Positions 49,805 through 59,868 of a stretch of DNA of 64,000 nt are shown here, one piece after another. The stretch is from a bacterium. Its GTDB lineage: Bacteria > Patescibacteriota > JABMPQ01 > JBDRIV01. Where the stretch lies: NCBI GenBank assembly GCA_043815505.1, contig JBDRIV010000004.1:7135-71134 (forward strand), read 5' to 3'. The notes under the pieces are model-generated. The model had not been told where the DNA came from. It made no database searches and worked only from the letters and a program-made list of their open reading frames with translations. How positions within the stretch are numbered: position 1 is the first letter of the stretch; each line of letters starts with the position of its first letter. The position numbers and the translations under genes are program-made.

Positions 49805-50214
49805 TATTTTATAATAAACCTTGTTTTTACTGATAATTTATTGGCAGCCAGACGCAGTGCTTCTTTAGCTACATCTTCCTCTACGCCATCCATTTCAAAT
49901 AGAATACGTCCGGGTTTTACAATAACCACAAAATGATCAACTGTACCCTTTCCCTTACCCATTGGCATTTCAGCTCCTTTAGCTGTTATGGGTTTATCGG
50001 GAAATATTCTAATCCAAATTTTACCACCACGTTGCACAAATCTGGTCATAGCACGACGAGCCGCTTCAATTTGCCGAGAAGATATCCATGATTTTTCAAC
50101 AGCTTTCAAACCATAAATCCCAAAGGAAAGATCCGCACCACGAGTGGCCTTGCCTAAATTTCTTCTTCTCCCCTTTTGATGTTTGCGGTGTTTTACCTTT
50201 TTAGGCATCAACAT
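49804..50214 (-). CDS. rplP: 50S ribosomal protein L16
   Basis: MLMPKK, QIEAAR and MGKGKG motifs. Confidence 0.98.
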   Translation of the reverse strand: MLMPKKVKHRKHQKGRRRNLGKATRGADLSFGIYGLKAVEKSWISSRQIEAARRAMTRFVQRGGKIWIRIFPDKPITAKGAEMPMGKGKGTVDHFVVIVKPGRILFEMDGVEEDVAKEALRLAANKLSVKTRFIIK

Positions 50215-50215
50215 A

Positions 50216-50896
50216 TTATTTCTTCTCCTCCTTCTTAATTCCTTCTAATCTTTTTTCATCAGCATTAAATACTTCACCTTTATAAATCCAAATTTTAATT
50301 CCAACTACTCCATAAGTTGTATAAGCATTTGTTCTATTAAAATCAATGTCAGCTCTTAAGGTTTGCAGTGGAATACTACCTTCTACTATCCATTCGCGTC
50401 GTGACATTTCCGCACCGTCAAGCCGTCCCGCAATCATAATTTTTACCCCCTTAGCACCTGCTTCTATAACTTTTCCAGCCATTTGTTTCATAACTCTCCG
50501 AAAGGGCATACGTTTTTCAATTTGTTCTGCCGCCATAATACCTACTAATTTAGCATCAAGTAAAGGTTGTCTAACTTCTTGAATATTTATTTTTATTTGA
50601 GTTTTACTGGAAGGAAGTATTTTATTAATTTCTTTTTTCAAATCTTCAATTCCTCCTCCACCTCTACCAATAATTAAACCTGGTCGAGAGGAATAAATAT
50701 TATAAATAATTTCCTGAGGTGACCGTTCAACTTCAATTTTGGAAATTGCGGCATCCTTCAATTTTTTCAATAAAAACTTTTTCACTTTTGTATCCTGCTC
50801 TAAATAAACTGCATAATTCTTACCAGAAAACCACTTGGAGTTCCAAGAGTAGAGATAACCTAATCGATATGCTTTGGGATGGACCTTTTGTCCCAT
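50216..50896 (-). CDS. rpsC: 30S ribosomal protein S3
   Basis: MGQKVHP, GRLDGAE and [10 protein letters not shown] motifs. Confidence 0.98.
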   Translation of the reverse strand: MGQKVHPKAYRLGYLYSWNSKWFSGKNYAVYLEQDTKVKKFLLKKLKDAAISKIEVERSPQEIIYNIYSSRPGLIIGRGGGGIEDLKKEINKILPSSKTQIKINIQEVRQPLLDAKLVGIMAAEQIEKRMPFRRVMKQMAGKVIEAGAKGVKIMIAGRLDGAEMSRREWIVEGSIPLQTLRADIDFNRTNAYTTYGVVGIKIWIYKGEVFNADEKRLEGIKKEEKK

Positions 50897-50912
50897 CAAA
50901 ATGAATTAATAA

Positions 50913-51479
50913 TTATTGAGCTTTTCTTCTGAAAAATCTTTGTTTAAATCCTTTTCTCATCTTTCCTGATTTTTTATCTTCAAATTTTTTACCGTCTGGT
51001 GCTGTAAATGTTTTTTTCTCTTCTTTCTCGTCCTCTTGTCCTGAGCTTGTCGAAGAAACTTTTTTATCCACTGCTTCGCTTTTAGCATCATAATTTACTG
51101 GTTTTGGTTTTGCAGTTGCCTTTTCTTTCTTCTGACGTTTACCTTCTTTTCTTTCGTTCAGAATAACTGTAATGTGACTTTCTCTCTTTCTAATTGGAAA
51201 AGCGCGTCCGAAGGCACGTGGTTGATATCTTACCAATGTTCTACCTTCATCACAAGTTACAAATTCAATATATAAATTTTCTTTAACCATGTCGTGATTG
51301 TTTTCACCGTTGGCGATAGCGCTTTTCAAGATTTCTCTCATTAACCTAGCACCTTTATGAGGCATAAAAACAAGTTGTCTTTCTGCTTCCACGGCATCCA
51401 TGCCACGCACAACATTGGCAATCAAACGAATCTTGCGTGGTGATATTTTTACATTTTTTCCTTTAGCTTTAACTTGCAT
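50913..51479 (-). CDS. rplV: 50S ribosomal protein L22 with long C-terminal extension
   Basis: ISPRKIRL, SAIAN, PRAFGR and SHIT motifs. Confidence 0.97.
   Translation of the reverse strand: MQVKAKGKNVKISPRKIRLIANVVRGMDAVEAERQLVFMPHKGARLMREILKSAIANGENNHDMVKENLYIEFVTCDEGRTLVRYQPRAFGRAFPIRKRESHITVILNERKEGKRQKKEKATAKPKPVNYDAKSEAVDKKVSSTSSGQEDEKEEKKTFTAPDGKKFEDKKSGKMRKGFKQRFFRRKAQ
51035..51057. repeat. REP-like 23-mer read in frame within rplV (SSTSSGQ)
   Basis: CTTGTCCTGAGCTTGTCGAAGAA; 22/23 identical to 53139-53161. Confidence 0.8.
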
Positions 51480-51481
51480 AA

Positions 51482-51838
51482 TTATTCCTTTTTATTTTCT
51501 TCCTTTCCTTCAACATCTTCTTTGGTAGCAGCTATTTTAGCCTTAGCTGCTTCGGCTTCAGCCATTTCCTGTTCCTTAGCCATGCGACCACCATGTCCAT
51601 GAAATTTTCTAGTTGGAGAAAACTCGCCTAATTTGTGTCCGACCATATCTTCGGTAACAAAAACTGGTGTATGTTCTTTGCCATTATGAACACCAAAAGT
51701 AAAACCTACCATTTCTGGGGAAATAGTTGAGCTTCTGGCCCAGGTTTTTATAACCGTTTTATCGTCCGCTTTTAAATTACTAATTTTTTTCAGCAATTTT
51801 TCATCGACGTATGGTCCTTTTTTTAGTGATCTCGACAT
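51482..51838 (-). CDS. rpsS: 30S ribosomal protein S19 with C-terminal extension
   Basis: RSLKKGP and [11 protein letters not shown] motifs. Confidence 0.98.
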   Translation of the reverse strand: MSRSLKKGPYVDEKLLKKISNLKADDKTVIKTWARSSTISPEMVGFTFGVHNGKEHTPVFVTEDMVGHKLGEFSPTRKFHGHGGRMAKEQEMAEAEAAKAKIAATKEDVEGKEENKKE

Positions 51839-51840
51839 AA

Positions 51841-52683
51841 CTATTTTTTCCTATTCTTACGCGGTTTAATAATAAATCTATCTGAAAATTTAACTTGCTT
51901 TCTACTTGGTACACCCAAAGCTGGTTTACCCCATTTAGTTTTTGGTCGTCTGAGACCAATTGGTGATCTTCCTTCACCGCCACCATGAGGATGATCAACA
52001 GGATTCATAGCCTTACCACGAACTGTTGGTCGTTTGCTTTGCCATCTCTTACGACCAGCTTTTCCAATAACAATATTATTATGATCCCCTCTGGAAACTG
52101 TACCGATTGTGGCGGAACATTCAGAATTCACATTTCTAACTTCACCAGAAGGAAATTTAATTTGCGTATATTCTCCGTCATGAGCAACAACTGTAGCATA
52201 AGTTCCAGCTGACCTAGCTCGAACAGCACCTCTACCTACTTCAATTTCTACATTATGAATTTCTGTACCCAAAGGCATATGTTTTAAAATCGTTCGGTTA
52301 CCATTTTTAATCTCAATTTTTTTTCTGGAAGAAACGATTTCATCCCCAACTTTCATTTTTTTAGTGGCAATAATATAAGATTTTTTTCCATTTGAATAAG
52401 TAAGAAGAGCAATAAAGGCGGAACGATTGGGATCGTATTCAACAGCTTTCACTATGGCTGTAATATCGTAATCTTGTTGCTTAAAATCGATTTCTCTGTG
52501 CTTTCTTTTATTACCCCCACCACGGTGTCGAATTGTAACTGTTCCAGTACGAGCACGTCCAGCTTTTTGCTTCTTATATTTAGTAAGACTTTTTTCGGGT
52601 CTCTTTTTTGTTAAAGTCGAAAAATCAGTCGTGGACATAGTACGACGGGATGGAGTGTATGGTTTGTAATTTTTAATTGACAT
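51841..52683 (-). CDS. rplB: 50S ribosomal protein L2
   Basis: EYDPNR and [13 protein letters not shown] motifs. ATG 52683. Confidence 0.98.
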   Translation of the reverse strand: MSIKNYKPYTPSRRTMSTTDFSTLTKKRPEKSLTKYKKQKAGRARTGTVTIRHRGGGNKRKHREIDFKQQDYDITAIVKAVEYDPNRSAFIALLTYSNGKKSYIIATKKMKVGDEIVSSRKKIEIKNGNRTILKHMPLGTEIHNVEIEVGRGAVRARSAGTYATVVAHDGEYTQIKFPSGEVRNVNSECSATIGTVSRGDHNNIVIGKAGRKRWQSKRPTVRGKAMNPVDHPHGGGEGRSPIGLRRPKTKWGKPALGVPSRKQVKFSDRFIIKPRKNRKK

Positions 52684-52686
52684 AAA

Positions 52687-52782
52687 CAATTCAAATTTTA
52701 AAACTCAAAAGTCAAAACTACTACGACTTTTTGTTTACTAAATTAATAATTTTTGACCTTTGACTTTTTACTTTTAACTTAA
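52687..52782. repeat. Heptamer fold-back element, family A copy 2 (inverted relative to copy 1)
   Basis: Minus strand TTAAGTTAAAAGTAAAAAGTCAAAGGTCAAAA...TTTTGACTTTTGAGTTTTAAAATTTGAA. Confidence 0.85.
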
Positions 52783-52785
52783 CTA

Positions 52786-53271
52786 TCATACTCCTTCAAC
52801 TAAATCTAATTTATCGCCAGCAATCAATTTCACATAAGCTTTTTTGTAACGGCTGGTGAAACCCTTGCTTCTACCATAGCGTCTCATTTTTCCTTTTACA
52901 TTAACGATTCTAACTTGAACAACTTGTACACCATATAAATCCTCCACCGCATTTGCAATCTGACGACGATTGGAATCTTTATTTACAATAAAAGCATATT
53001 TATTTTCTTCCTGAATTACTGAAGCTTTTTCTGAAATAACTGGTTTAATCAAAATTTTGTAAGCTCTATTGTCATCTTTTTTACTGACTTTTCTTTTGAC
53101 AACAGTTTTTTTCTTGGGTTTAGCCTTTTCTTTATTTACTTGTCCTGAGCCTGTCGAAGAATCTTTTTTTTCACTAACAGTTTCGGCCTTTTTTGGAGCA
53201 TCCTTAACTTTGTCATTTTTAGTGACTTCCTTTTCTTCTTCTTCTTTCTTTTTACGATTAAATAAACCCAT
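52786..53271 (-). CDS. rplW: 50S ribosomal protein L23 with long N-terminal extension
   Basis: PVISEKA and KKAYVKL motifs. Confidence 0.96.
   Translation of the reverse strand: MGLFNRKKKEEEEKEVTKNDKVKDAPKKAETVSEKKDSSTGSGQVNKEKAKPKKKTVVKRKVSKKDDNRAYKILIKPVISEKASVIQEENKYAFIVNKDSNRRQIANAVEDLYGVQVVQVRIVNVKGKMRRYGRSKGFTSRYKKAYVKLIAGDKLDLVEGV
53139..53161. repeat. REP-like 23-mer read in frame within rplW (SSTGSGQ)
   Basis: CTTGTCCTGAGCCTGTCGAAGAA. Confidence 0.8.
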
Positions 53272-53273
53272 AA

Positions 53274-53903
53274 TTACTTAGCAAATTTCTTTTCTAAAGT
53301 GTTAATTGTTTCTGGCAGTACTAACAAATATTCATAAGAAACTAGATCGATAATATCTAAAATGTCCGTGTTTGTAACTTTAACTTTCTGAATATTTTTG
53401 GAGGCTCGGTAAACTTTGTCGTCTTTCTTTGGCAAAACAATCAGTAAACTTTTATTCTTAACAGGTAATTTAGAAATTACCTTCGCCATCTCTCTGGTTT
53501 TAACATCTTTTATGTTCAAATCATCAACGACCAACAATTTATCTTCTTTGGCTTTAGCTGTAAGAATAGCCAGCAACGCTTTTTGTCTTTCCTTCCTATT
53601 AACTTTGCGTTTATAATTTCTTTCCTTACTTGGTCCAAATGTTACACCGCCCCCAATCCAAATTGGAGAACGAATTGATCCATGTCTAGCTCGGCCAGTT
53701 CCTTTTTGTTTCCAAGGTTTTTTACCACCACCTCTAACATCAGATCTTCCTTTGGTATTAGCAATTATTTCTCTTTTATTACTTCTGGCAGCAACTAAAA
53801 CTTTATAAATAGTATCATCAGCTACTTGCACAGAGAATAATGAAGCCGGCAACTTTTGTTTGCCAGTATCTTTGCCTTCAGAATTTAATAATTTAGCTTC
53901 CAT
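53274..53903 (-). CDS. rplD: 50S ribosomal protein L4
   Basis: KPWKQKGTGRARHGS motif. Confidence 0.98.
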   Translation of the reverse strand: MEAKLLNSEGKDTGKQKLPASLFSVQVADDTIYKVLVAARSNKREIIANTKGRSDVRGGGKKPWKQKGTGRARHGSIRSPIWIGGGVTFGPSKERNYKRKVNRKERQKALLAILTAKAKEDKLLVVDDLNIKDVKTREMAKVISKLPVKNKSLLIVLPKKDDKVYRASKNIQKVKVTNTDILDIIDLVSYEYLLVLPETINTLEKKFAK

Positions 53904-54526
53904 TATTTTACTTTTCTTACTTGTACAATTTTTCCCTTAGCACCCGGAACAGAACCCTTCACCGCTAAAATATTTTTCTTAACATCAACTGTAGCAACTT
54001 CTAAATTACTTATTGTTACTCTTTCGTTACCCATACGTCCAGCCATTTTCATTCCCTTCATAACATGTTGAGGAAAAGCGGCACCAATTGATCCAGGAGC
54101 TCTTTCGTCATGTCTGTGTCCATGAGTTTTAGGCGAACCAGCAAAACCGTGGCGTTTTACCACGCCGGCAAATCCTCTACCTTTACTAGTTGAAGTAACT
54201 TTTACTTTGTCGCCTGTAGCAAAACTTTCTACTGTGAAAACGTCGCCCACTTTTGGTAATTTGTAATCTTCTTTTTTAAACTTTATTCTCATTTCTTTCA
54301 AGCCAACAAACTTTTTCTTCAAATTTTTTAGATGACCCTGCATGGGTTTACTAATTTTTTTAGCTTCAGCGTAACCAATTTGGACAGCGGTATAACCATC
54401 TTTGTCATCATTTTTTACTTGTGTAACTGTGCAAGGACCCACTTCCAAAACTGTGACCGGAATAACTTTTCCGCTCTCATCATACGTTCTACTCATACCA
54501 ATTTTTTTGCCTAACATAAAATCCAT
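53903..54526 (-). CDS. rplC: 50S ribosomal protein L3
   Basis: GKKIGM, SKGRGFAG and GSVPG motifs. Confidence 0.98.
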   Translation of the reverse strand: MDFMLGKKIGMSRTYDESGKVIPVTVLEVGPCTVTQVKNDDKDGYTAVQIGYAEAKKISKPMQGHLKNLKKKFVGLKEMRIKFKKEDYKLPKVGDVFTVESFATGDKVKVTSTSKGRGFAGVVKRHGFAGSPKTHGHRHDERAPGSIGAAFPQHVMKGMKMAGRMGNERVTISNLEVATVDVKKNILAVKGSVPGAKGKIVQVRKVK

Positions 54527-54548
54527 CTTGCTTGATTGATTAAAACAA

Positions 54549-54594
54549 GGATCTTAGTACGTAGCAAAATCGCTTTTGCTACCTACAAAGATCC
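54549..54594 (-). promoter_or_regulatory. Stable stem-loop in the rpsJ-rplC spacer, candidate r-protein leader
   Basis: GGATCTT..GTAG-GTAGCAAAA-gcga-TTTTGCTAC-GTAC..AAGATCC. Confidence 0.5.
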
Positions 54595-54615
54595 CATCGC
54601 TAAAAGGAATCTTAT

Positions 54616-55092
54616 TTACATCTTGATCTCAATGTCAACGCCAGCAGGTAAATTCAGATTAGTCAGTGAATCCACAGTTTTAGGGGTCGGATTGGTGATA
54701 TCAATTAAACGCTTGTGAATTCTCATTTCGTACTGCTCTCGTGAATCCTTATGAACGAATGGTGATTTAATAACTGTATACTTATTCTTTTCGGTTGGTA
54801 GGGGTACGGGGCCAGAAATATCAGCGCCAGTTCTTTTGGCAGTTTCCACAATTTTCAAAGCCGTTTGATCAACAACTTTGTGATCATAAGCTTTAATTTT
54901 AATTCTTACCCGTTGCGAAACTTCTTCAGCTCCGGTTGCAACCTGTTTATTAGCATCAACTTTTTTAGCAATGGTTTTTTTCGCTACTCTCTTCTTGCTG
55001 GTAGTTTTCTTGGTTGACTTCTTATGTGATGCGGATTTTGCTTTAGCTGAAGCAGGTTTTTTAGCCTTCTTAGCTTTTTTTGAATCTGGCAT
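54616..55092 (-). CDS. rpsJ: 30S ribosomal protein S10 with Lys/Ala-rich N-terminal extension
   Basis: [16 protein letters not shown] and SREQYE..HKR motifs. Confidence 0.97.
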   Translation of the reverse strand: MPDSKKAKKAKKPASAKAKSASHKKSTKKTTSKKRVAKKTIAKKVDANKQVATGAEEVSQRVRIKIKAYDHKVVDQTALKIVETAKRTGADISGPVPLPTEKNKYTVIKSPFVHKDSREQYEMRIHKRLIDITNPTPKTVDSLTNLNLPAGVDIEIKM

Positions 55093-55138
55093 TAACTTTT
55101 AAATAATAGAACTTATTATTATTTTCCTCTATACACAG

Positions 55139-55189
55139 AAAGCTGGCGCCTCTCACCTTCTAAATTAGAAAGCAAGAGACGCCGCTTTT
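55139..55189 (-). terminator. Long hairpin after tuf (terminator or rpsJ leader)
   Basis: AAAGCGGCGTCTCT...TTCTAA-t-TTAGAA...AGAGGCGCCAGCTTT. Confidence 0.55.
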
Positions 55190-55209
55190 TGTGTTTATTT
55201 ACAATTCAT

Positions 55210-56418
55210 TTATTTGACAATCTTGGTTACGGCACCGGCGCCAACAGTTTTTCCACCTTCGCGAATAGCAAAGCGCATACCATCTTCCATAGCAATCGGA
55301 GAACCAAGTTTGATTTGCATTTTTACAGTATCCCCAGGCATTACCATTTCGGCATCTTTTCCATCTTCAGACATAACTTTTTCCACTTCACCAGTTACAT
55401 CAGTTGTCCTGATATAGAACTGTGGTTTGTACCCTTTAACAAAAGCTGTATGACGTCCACCTTCTTCTTGAGTTAGAACATAAACCTCGGCTTCAAATTC
55501 TGTATGAGGAGTAATTGAGCCTGGTTTAGCCAAAACTTGACCACGTTCAACTTCTTCTTTCTTAGTACCACGAAGCAAAACACCAGCATTATCACCAGCT
55601 TTTCCTTCATCAAGTTGTTTGTTGAACATCTCAATTCCGGTAACAACGGTTTTAGAAGTGTCTTTAATTCCAACGATTTCAATTTCGTCGTTTACTTTAA
55701 CAACACCGCGATCAATTCTACCTGTCACAACAGTTCCGCGACCTTCAATTGAGAAAATATCTTCAATTGGCATTAAGAAATCTTTATCAACATCTCGTTT
55801 TGGTTCTGGAATATGTTCATCCAAAGCTTTAATAAGTTCCAAAACCGCTTTGCCATCTTCACCCTTGGGATCTTCCAAAGCCTTTAGAGCTGAACCTTTT
55901 ATTACAGGAATATCATCACCTGGGAATTCATATTTTTTAAGCAAATCACGAACTTCAACTTCTACTAGGTCTAGAAGTTCTGGATCATCAACTTGATCAG
56001 TTTTATTTAAGAAAACTACCATAGCAGGAACATTAACTTGACGAGCCAACAAAATATGTTCACGGGTTTGAGGCATTGGACCATCAGCGGCTGAAACTAC
56101 TAAAATAGCGCCGTCCATCTGGGCAGCACCAGTAATCATATTCTTAACATAGTCAGCGTGACCTGGGCAGTCAACATGAGCATAATGTCGATTAGGACTT
56201 TCATACTCACAATGAGCGGTAGCAATTGTAATACCACGCTCTTTTTCTTCAGGAGCGTTGTCAATCTGATCAACAGATTTTACATTTGCTTTGTAACCCT
56301 CACCAGCTTCTGCCAAAGTGTTTAAAATGGCAGCTGTAAGAGTGGTTTTACCATGGTCAACGTGTCCAATTGTACCCACGTTAACGTGTGGTTTTGAGCG
56401 GTCAAATTTTTCGGCCAT
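55210..56418 (-). CDS. tuf: Elongation factor Tu
   Basis: [20 protein letters not shown] and FAIREGG motifs. Confidence 0.99.
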   Translation of the reverse strand: MAEKFDRSKPHVNVGTIGHVDHGKTTLTAAILNTLAEAGEGYKANVKSVDQIDNAPEEKERGITIATAHCEYESPNRHYAHVDCPGHADYVKNMITGAAQMDGAILVVSAADGPMPQTREHILLARQVNVPAMVVFLNKTDQVDDPELLDLVEVEVRDLLKKYEFPGDDIPVIKGSALKALEDPKGEDGKAVLELIKALDEHIPEPKRDVDKDFLMPIEDIFSIEGRGTVVTGRIDRGVVKVNDEIEIVGIKDTSKTVVTGIEMFNKQLDEGKAGDNAGVLLRGTKKEEVERGQVLAKPGSITPHTEFEAEVYVLTQEEGGRHTAFVKGYKPQFYIRTTDVTGEVEKVMSEDGKDAEMVMPGDTVKMQIKLGSPIAMEDGMRFAIREGGKTVGAGAVTKIVK

Positions 56419-56496
56419 ATATTTTAATTTAAATGTTTAAATTTAAGCTTATTAATACTGAATTTCACAAGTTTTGGCAAGTGAAGTTCAGCGTTA

Positions 56497-56525
56497 AGTA
56501 TAACAAGAGCTATTGATTTTGGCAA
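56497..56525 (-). promoter_or_regulatory. Internal tuf promoter
   Basis: TTGCCA-17 nt-TATACT with TG extension. Confidence 0.7.
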
Positions 56526-56584
56526 GTCCCTCTTACTGACATATCATCCACTACTGCTTTTTGGCTTATATAAGCCTATATTTA

Positions 56585-58681
56585 TTATTTTTTAGTCGTT
56601 TCTTCTCCTCCGGCTTTAGTCATAATTTCTTCAGCTACATTTCTTGGTACAGGCTCATAATGGTCAAATTCCATGGTGTAGTTGGCTCTTCCTTGAGTCA
56701 TAGAACGAAGTGAGGTCGCATAACCAAACATTTCTGACAAAGGAACTTGAGCATCTATTTCTTTCATTTGCGCTCGATCTTCCATTTTTTCCACTTGACC
56801 TCTTTTGGAATTTAAATCTCCAACCACATCACCCATAAACTGTTCTGGAGTTACTACTGTTACTTTCATCATTGGTTCCAATAATTGTGGCTTAGCTTTT
56901 TTGAAACAAGCTTGAAAAGCCATCGAGGCAGCAATTTTGAAAGCAGCTTCGGAGGAATCTACATCATGATAAGAACCATCATAAGCTGTGGCTTTAACAT
57001 CAACAATTGGATAACCAGCCAGCACACCATTATCCATTGCTTCTTTCACACCTTTTTCAACGGCGGGAACATATTCTTGAGGAATTACACCACCTTTAAT
57101 TTCATTAGCAAATTCGAATCCTTCTCCCCGCTCGCGAGGTTCCAAACGAATCCAAACATGTCCGTACTGACCACGACCACCGGATTGTCTAATATATTTT
57201 CCTTCTGCTTCAGCGGTCGTAAAAATAGTTTCTTTGTAAGCAACTTGTGGTTTACCAATATTTGCCTCAACATTAAATTCTCTTTTCATGCGATCAATAA
57301 TAACTTCCAAATGAAGTTCGCCCATTCCCGAAATAATTGTCTGGGCTGTCTCCTCATCTGTTTTAACCTGAAATGTTGGGTCTTCTTCAGCTAGTTTATG
57401 TAAAGCAATACTCATTTTTTCCTGATCAGCTTTGGTTTTTGGCTCAACAGAAATAGAAATAACAGGTTCAGGGAAAGTAATTTTTTCTAAGATAATTTGA
57501 TTCTCTTGATCACAAAGTGTATCACCAGTTGTGGTGTTGTCCAGTCCAACAATAGCAGCAATGTCACCAGCATAAACTTTTTTAATTTCTTCCCGTTTAT
57601 TAGCATGCATCATTAAAATTCGTCCTACTCTTTCTTTTTTTCCGGTGGTGGAATTATAAACATAGGAACCGGCTTCTAAAGTTCCAGAATACATTCTAAA
57701 GAAGGCTAATTTTCCCACAAAAGGATCAGTAGCAATTTTAAATACCAAAGCTGATTGTGGTTCTTCATCGGATGCATGTCGTTCCATTTCTTTTTCTTCA
57801 TCTTCAGGATCAATGCCTTTGATAGCAGGAATATCAAGTGGTGAAGGTAAATATTCTACAATGGCATCAAGCATTTGCTGAACACCTTTGTTTTTTAAGG
57901 CCGAACCACAAAGAATAGGAATAAATTCGTTGGCTATAACACCTTTTCTAATTGCTTTAACAATTTCTTCTTCTGAAAGTTCTGTTCCTTCCAAATACTT
58001 TTCCATTGTTTTTTCGTCATTTTCAACGGCTGCTTCAATCATTTTTTCACGATATTCGCGTGTCTTGTCTTTCATATCGTCAGGAATTTCCTGTTCTTCA
58101 ATTTCCTTGCCCATTTCATCTTTAAAGACATAAGCTTTTTGTTTCAATAAATCCACAATTCCTAAGAAATTTTCTTCAATACCAATTGGTAACTGAATAG
58201 GATAAGCTTTCTTGGTTAAACGATCGTGAATGGAATCTACGTCACCATAAAAATCGGCACCAGTTCTATCCAGTTTATTTATAAAACACATTCTCGGTAC
58301 ACTGTATTTTTCAGCTTGGTGCCAAACAGTTTCCGATTGCGGTTCCACGCCAGCGACACCATCAAAGACAACCACGCCACCGTCGAGCACACGCAAACTT
58401 CTTTCCACCTCAACCGTAAAATCTACATGACCTGGGGTATCAATAATATTTATTCTGGTGTCTTTCCAAAAACAAGTGGTAGCAGCAGAAGTAATGGTAA
58501 TACCGCGTTCACGTTCCTGTTCCATCCAATCCATTTCAGCTTCACCTTCATGAACTTCACCAATCTTATGTTTTTTTCCAGTGTAATATAAAACGCGCTC
58601 AGTAACAGTAGTTTTACCGGCATCAATATGAGCAATGATTCCAATATTTCTTGTTTTCTCTAAGGTGTAATCGCGCGCCAT
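56585..58681 (-). CDS. fusA: Elongation factor G
   Basis: [23 protein letters not shown] and SYHDVDSS motifs. Confidence 0.99.
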   Translation of the reverse strand: MARDYTLEKTRNIGIIAHIDAGKTTVTERVLYYTGKKHKIGEVHEGEAEMDWMEQERERGITITSAATTCFWKDTRINIIDTPGHVDFTVEVERSLRVLDGGVVVFDGVAGVEPQSETVWHQAEKYSVPRMCFINKLDRTGADFYGDVDSIHDRLTKKAYPIQLPIGIEENFLGIVDLLKQKAYVFKDEMGKEIEEQEIPDDMKDKTREYREKMIEAAVENDEKTMEKYLEGTELSEEEIVKAIRKGVIANEFIPILCGSALKNKGVQQMLDAIVEYLPSPLDIPAIKGIDPEDEEKEMERHASDEEPQSALVFKIATDPFVGKLAFFRMYSGTLEAGSYVYNSTTGKKERVGRILMMHANKREEIKKVYAGDIAAIVGLDNTTTGDTLCDQENQIILEKITFPEPVISISVEPKTKADQEKMSIALHKLAEEDPTFQVKTDEETAQTIISGMGELHLEVIIDRMKREFNVEANIGKPQVAYKETIFTTAEAEGKYIRQSGGRGQYGHVWIRLEPRERGEGFEFANEIKGGVIPQEYVPAVEKGVKEAMDNGVLAGYPIVDVKATAYDGSYHDVDSSEAAFKIAASMAFQACFKKAKPQLLEPMMKVTVVTPEQFMGDVVGDLNSKRGQVEKMEDRAQMKEIDAQVPLSEMFGYATSLRSMTQGRANYTMEFDHYEPVPRNVAEEIMTKAGGEETTKK

Positions 58682-58689
58682 CTAATTTT

Positions 58690-58792
58690 GCTTATTGCTT
58701 ATGGCGAATAGCTTATGTATAAGCTACTCACTTTAAGTAATAAAAAACCACTGGCCGTGGCTATTAGCTATTTGCCATATGCCACTGGCCGT
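58690..58792. repeat. Heptamer (GCTTATG/GCGAATA-like) fold-back element, family B copy 1
   Basis: GCTTATT-GCTTATG-GCGAATA-GCTTATG followed by GCTATTA-GCTATTT-GCCATAT-GCCACTG. Confidence 0.85.
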
Positions 58793-59260
58793 TTATGCAT
58801 AGTGAGCAAAAGCCTTGTTTGCTTCAGCCATGCGATGAGTATCATCTCTTTTCTTCATAGCTGTTCCCATTTTCTTAGCAGCATCCATTAATTCATTGGC
58901 CAATCTAGTTGCCATTGGTCGTCCACTTTTTCTTTTAACTGCGCCAATAATCCAACGAAAAGCCAAAGTATTACGACGTCCGCCGCGAACTTCCACTGGC
59001 ACCTGATAGTTAGCACCACCAACTCTTTTAGCCCTTACTTCAACTTGCGGTCCTACATTTCTCATAGCTAAATCGAAAATATCGATAGGATCTTTTTTGG
59101 TTTTAGCGGCAATAATTTCGAACGCATCATAAACAATATGTTCGGCCGTACTCTTCTTACCTCTTTCCATAATATGATTAATAAATTTGGCCACTAAAAC
59201 ATTATTGAATTTTGGATCAGGTAAAATATTTCTCTTATATTGTCTTTTTCGTCTAGGCAT
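58793..59260 (-). CDS. rpsG: 30S ribosomal protein S7
   Basis: [10 protein letters not shown] and MAEANKAF motifs. Confidence 0.98.
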   Translation of the reverse strand: MPRRKRQYKRNILPDPKFNNVLVAKFINHIMERGKKSTAEHIVYDAFEIIAAKTKKDPIDIFDLAMRNVGPQVEVRAKRVGGANYQVPVEVRGGRRNTLAFRWIIGAVKRKSGRPMATRLANELMDAAKKMGTAMKKRDDTHRMAEANKAFAHYA

Positions 59261-59266
59261 TAGTTT

Positions 59267-59439
59267 GCTTATGGCCTATAGCTTATGGCTAAGGGCACAT
59301 TGAATTATTTATTATATGTTGTTTATGGCTTATGGCGAATAGTCTGTGGCCACTGGCACTTAGATTATTTATTATTATGGCTTATGGCGAATAGTTTATT
59401 GAAATAAACTGCTATTTGTTATTGGCAATTAGCTATCTG
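59267..59439. repeat. Heptamer element, family B copy 2 (three left modules, one right module)
   Basis: GCTTATG-GCCTATA-GCTTATG; TTATGGCTTATGGCGAATAGT twice; then GCTATTT-GTTATTG-GCAATTA-GCTATCT. Confidence 0.85.
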
Positions 59440-59862
59440 CTACTTAGCTTTCTGCTTTTTAGCACCGTATAAACTACGACTTTGTTTTCTATCATCAACT
59501 CCAGTAGCATCTAAAACTCCGCGAATAATATGATAACGCACACCGGGAAGATCTGGAACACGACCACCACGAATTAATACAATGGAATGTTCTTGTAAAG
59601 TGTGTCCTTCTCCTGGAATATAGGCTGTTACTTCCATGCCATTAGTTAATCTTACTCTGGCAATTTTTCTGAGAGCTGAATTCGGTTTTTTAGGAGCTGT
59701 AGTTGTTACTTTTACGCAAACACCACGCTTAAAAGGACTACCTTTAGGTAGAATTTTATTACGTCTTTTTATATGATTGAATGATTTTAGCAAAGCCGGT
59801 GATTTTGGCTTTTTTTTGCTTGATTTACGCGGCTTGCGAATTAATTGATTTATTGTTGGCAT
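59440..59862 (-). CDS. rpsL: 30S ribosomal protein S12
   Basis: [17 protein letters not shown] and DLPGVRYH motifs. Confidence 0.99.
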   Translation of the reverse strand: MPTINQLIRKPRKSSKKKPKSPALLKSFNHIKRRNKILPKGSPFKRGVCVKVTTTAPKKPNSALRKIARVRLTNGMEVTAYIPGEGHTLQEHSIVLIRGGRVPDLPGVRYHIIRGVLDATGVDDRKQSRSLYGAKKQKAK

Positions 59863-59868
59863 ATAAAA

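Noticed and set aside
58690-59439. Repeats considered as a CRISPR array
   Set aside because: Units are degenerate 7-mers without constant 23-47-nt repeats and unique spacers; no cas genes are present.
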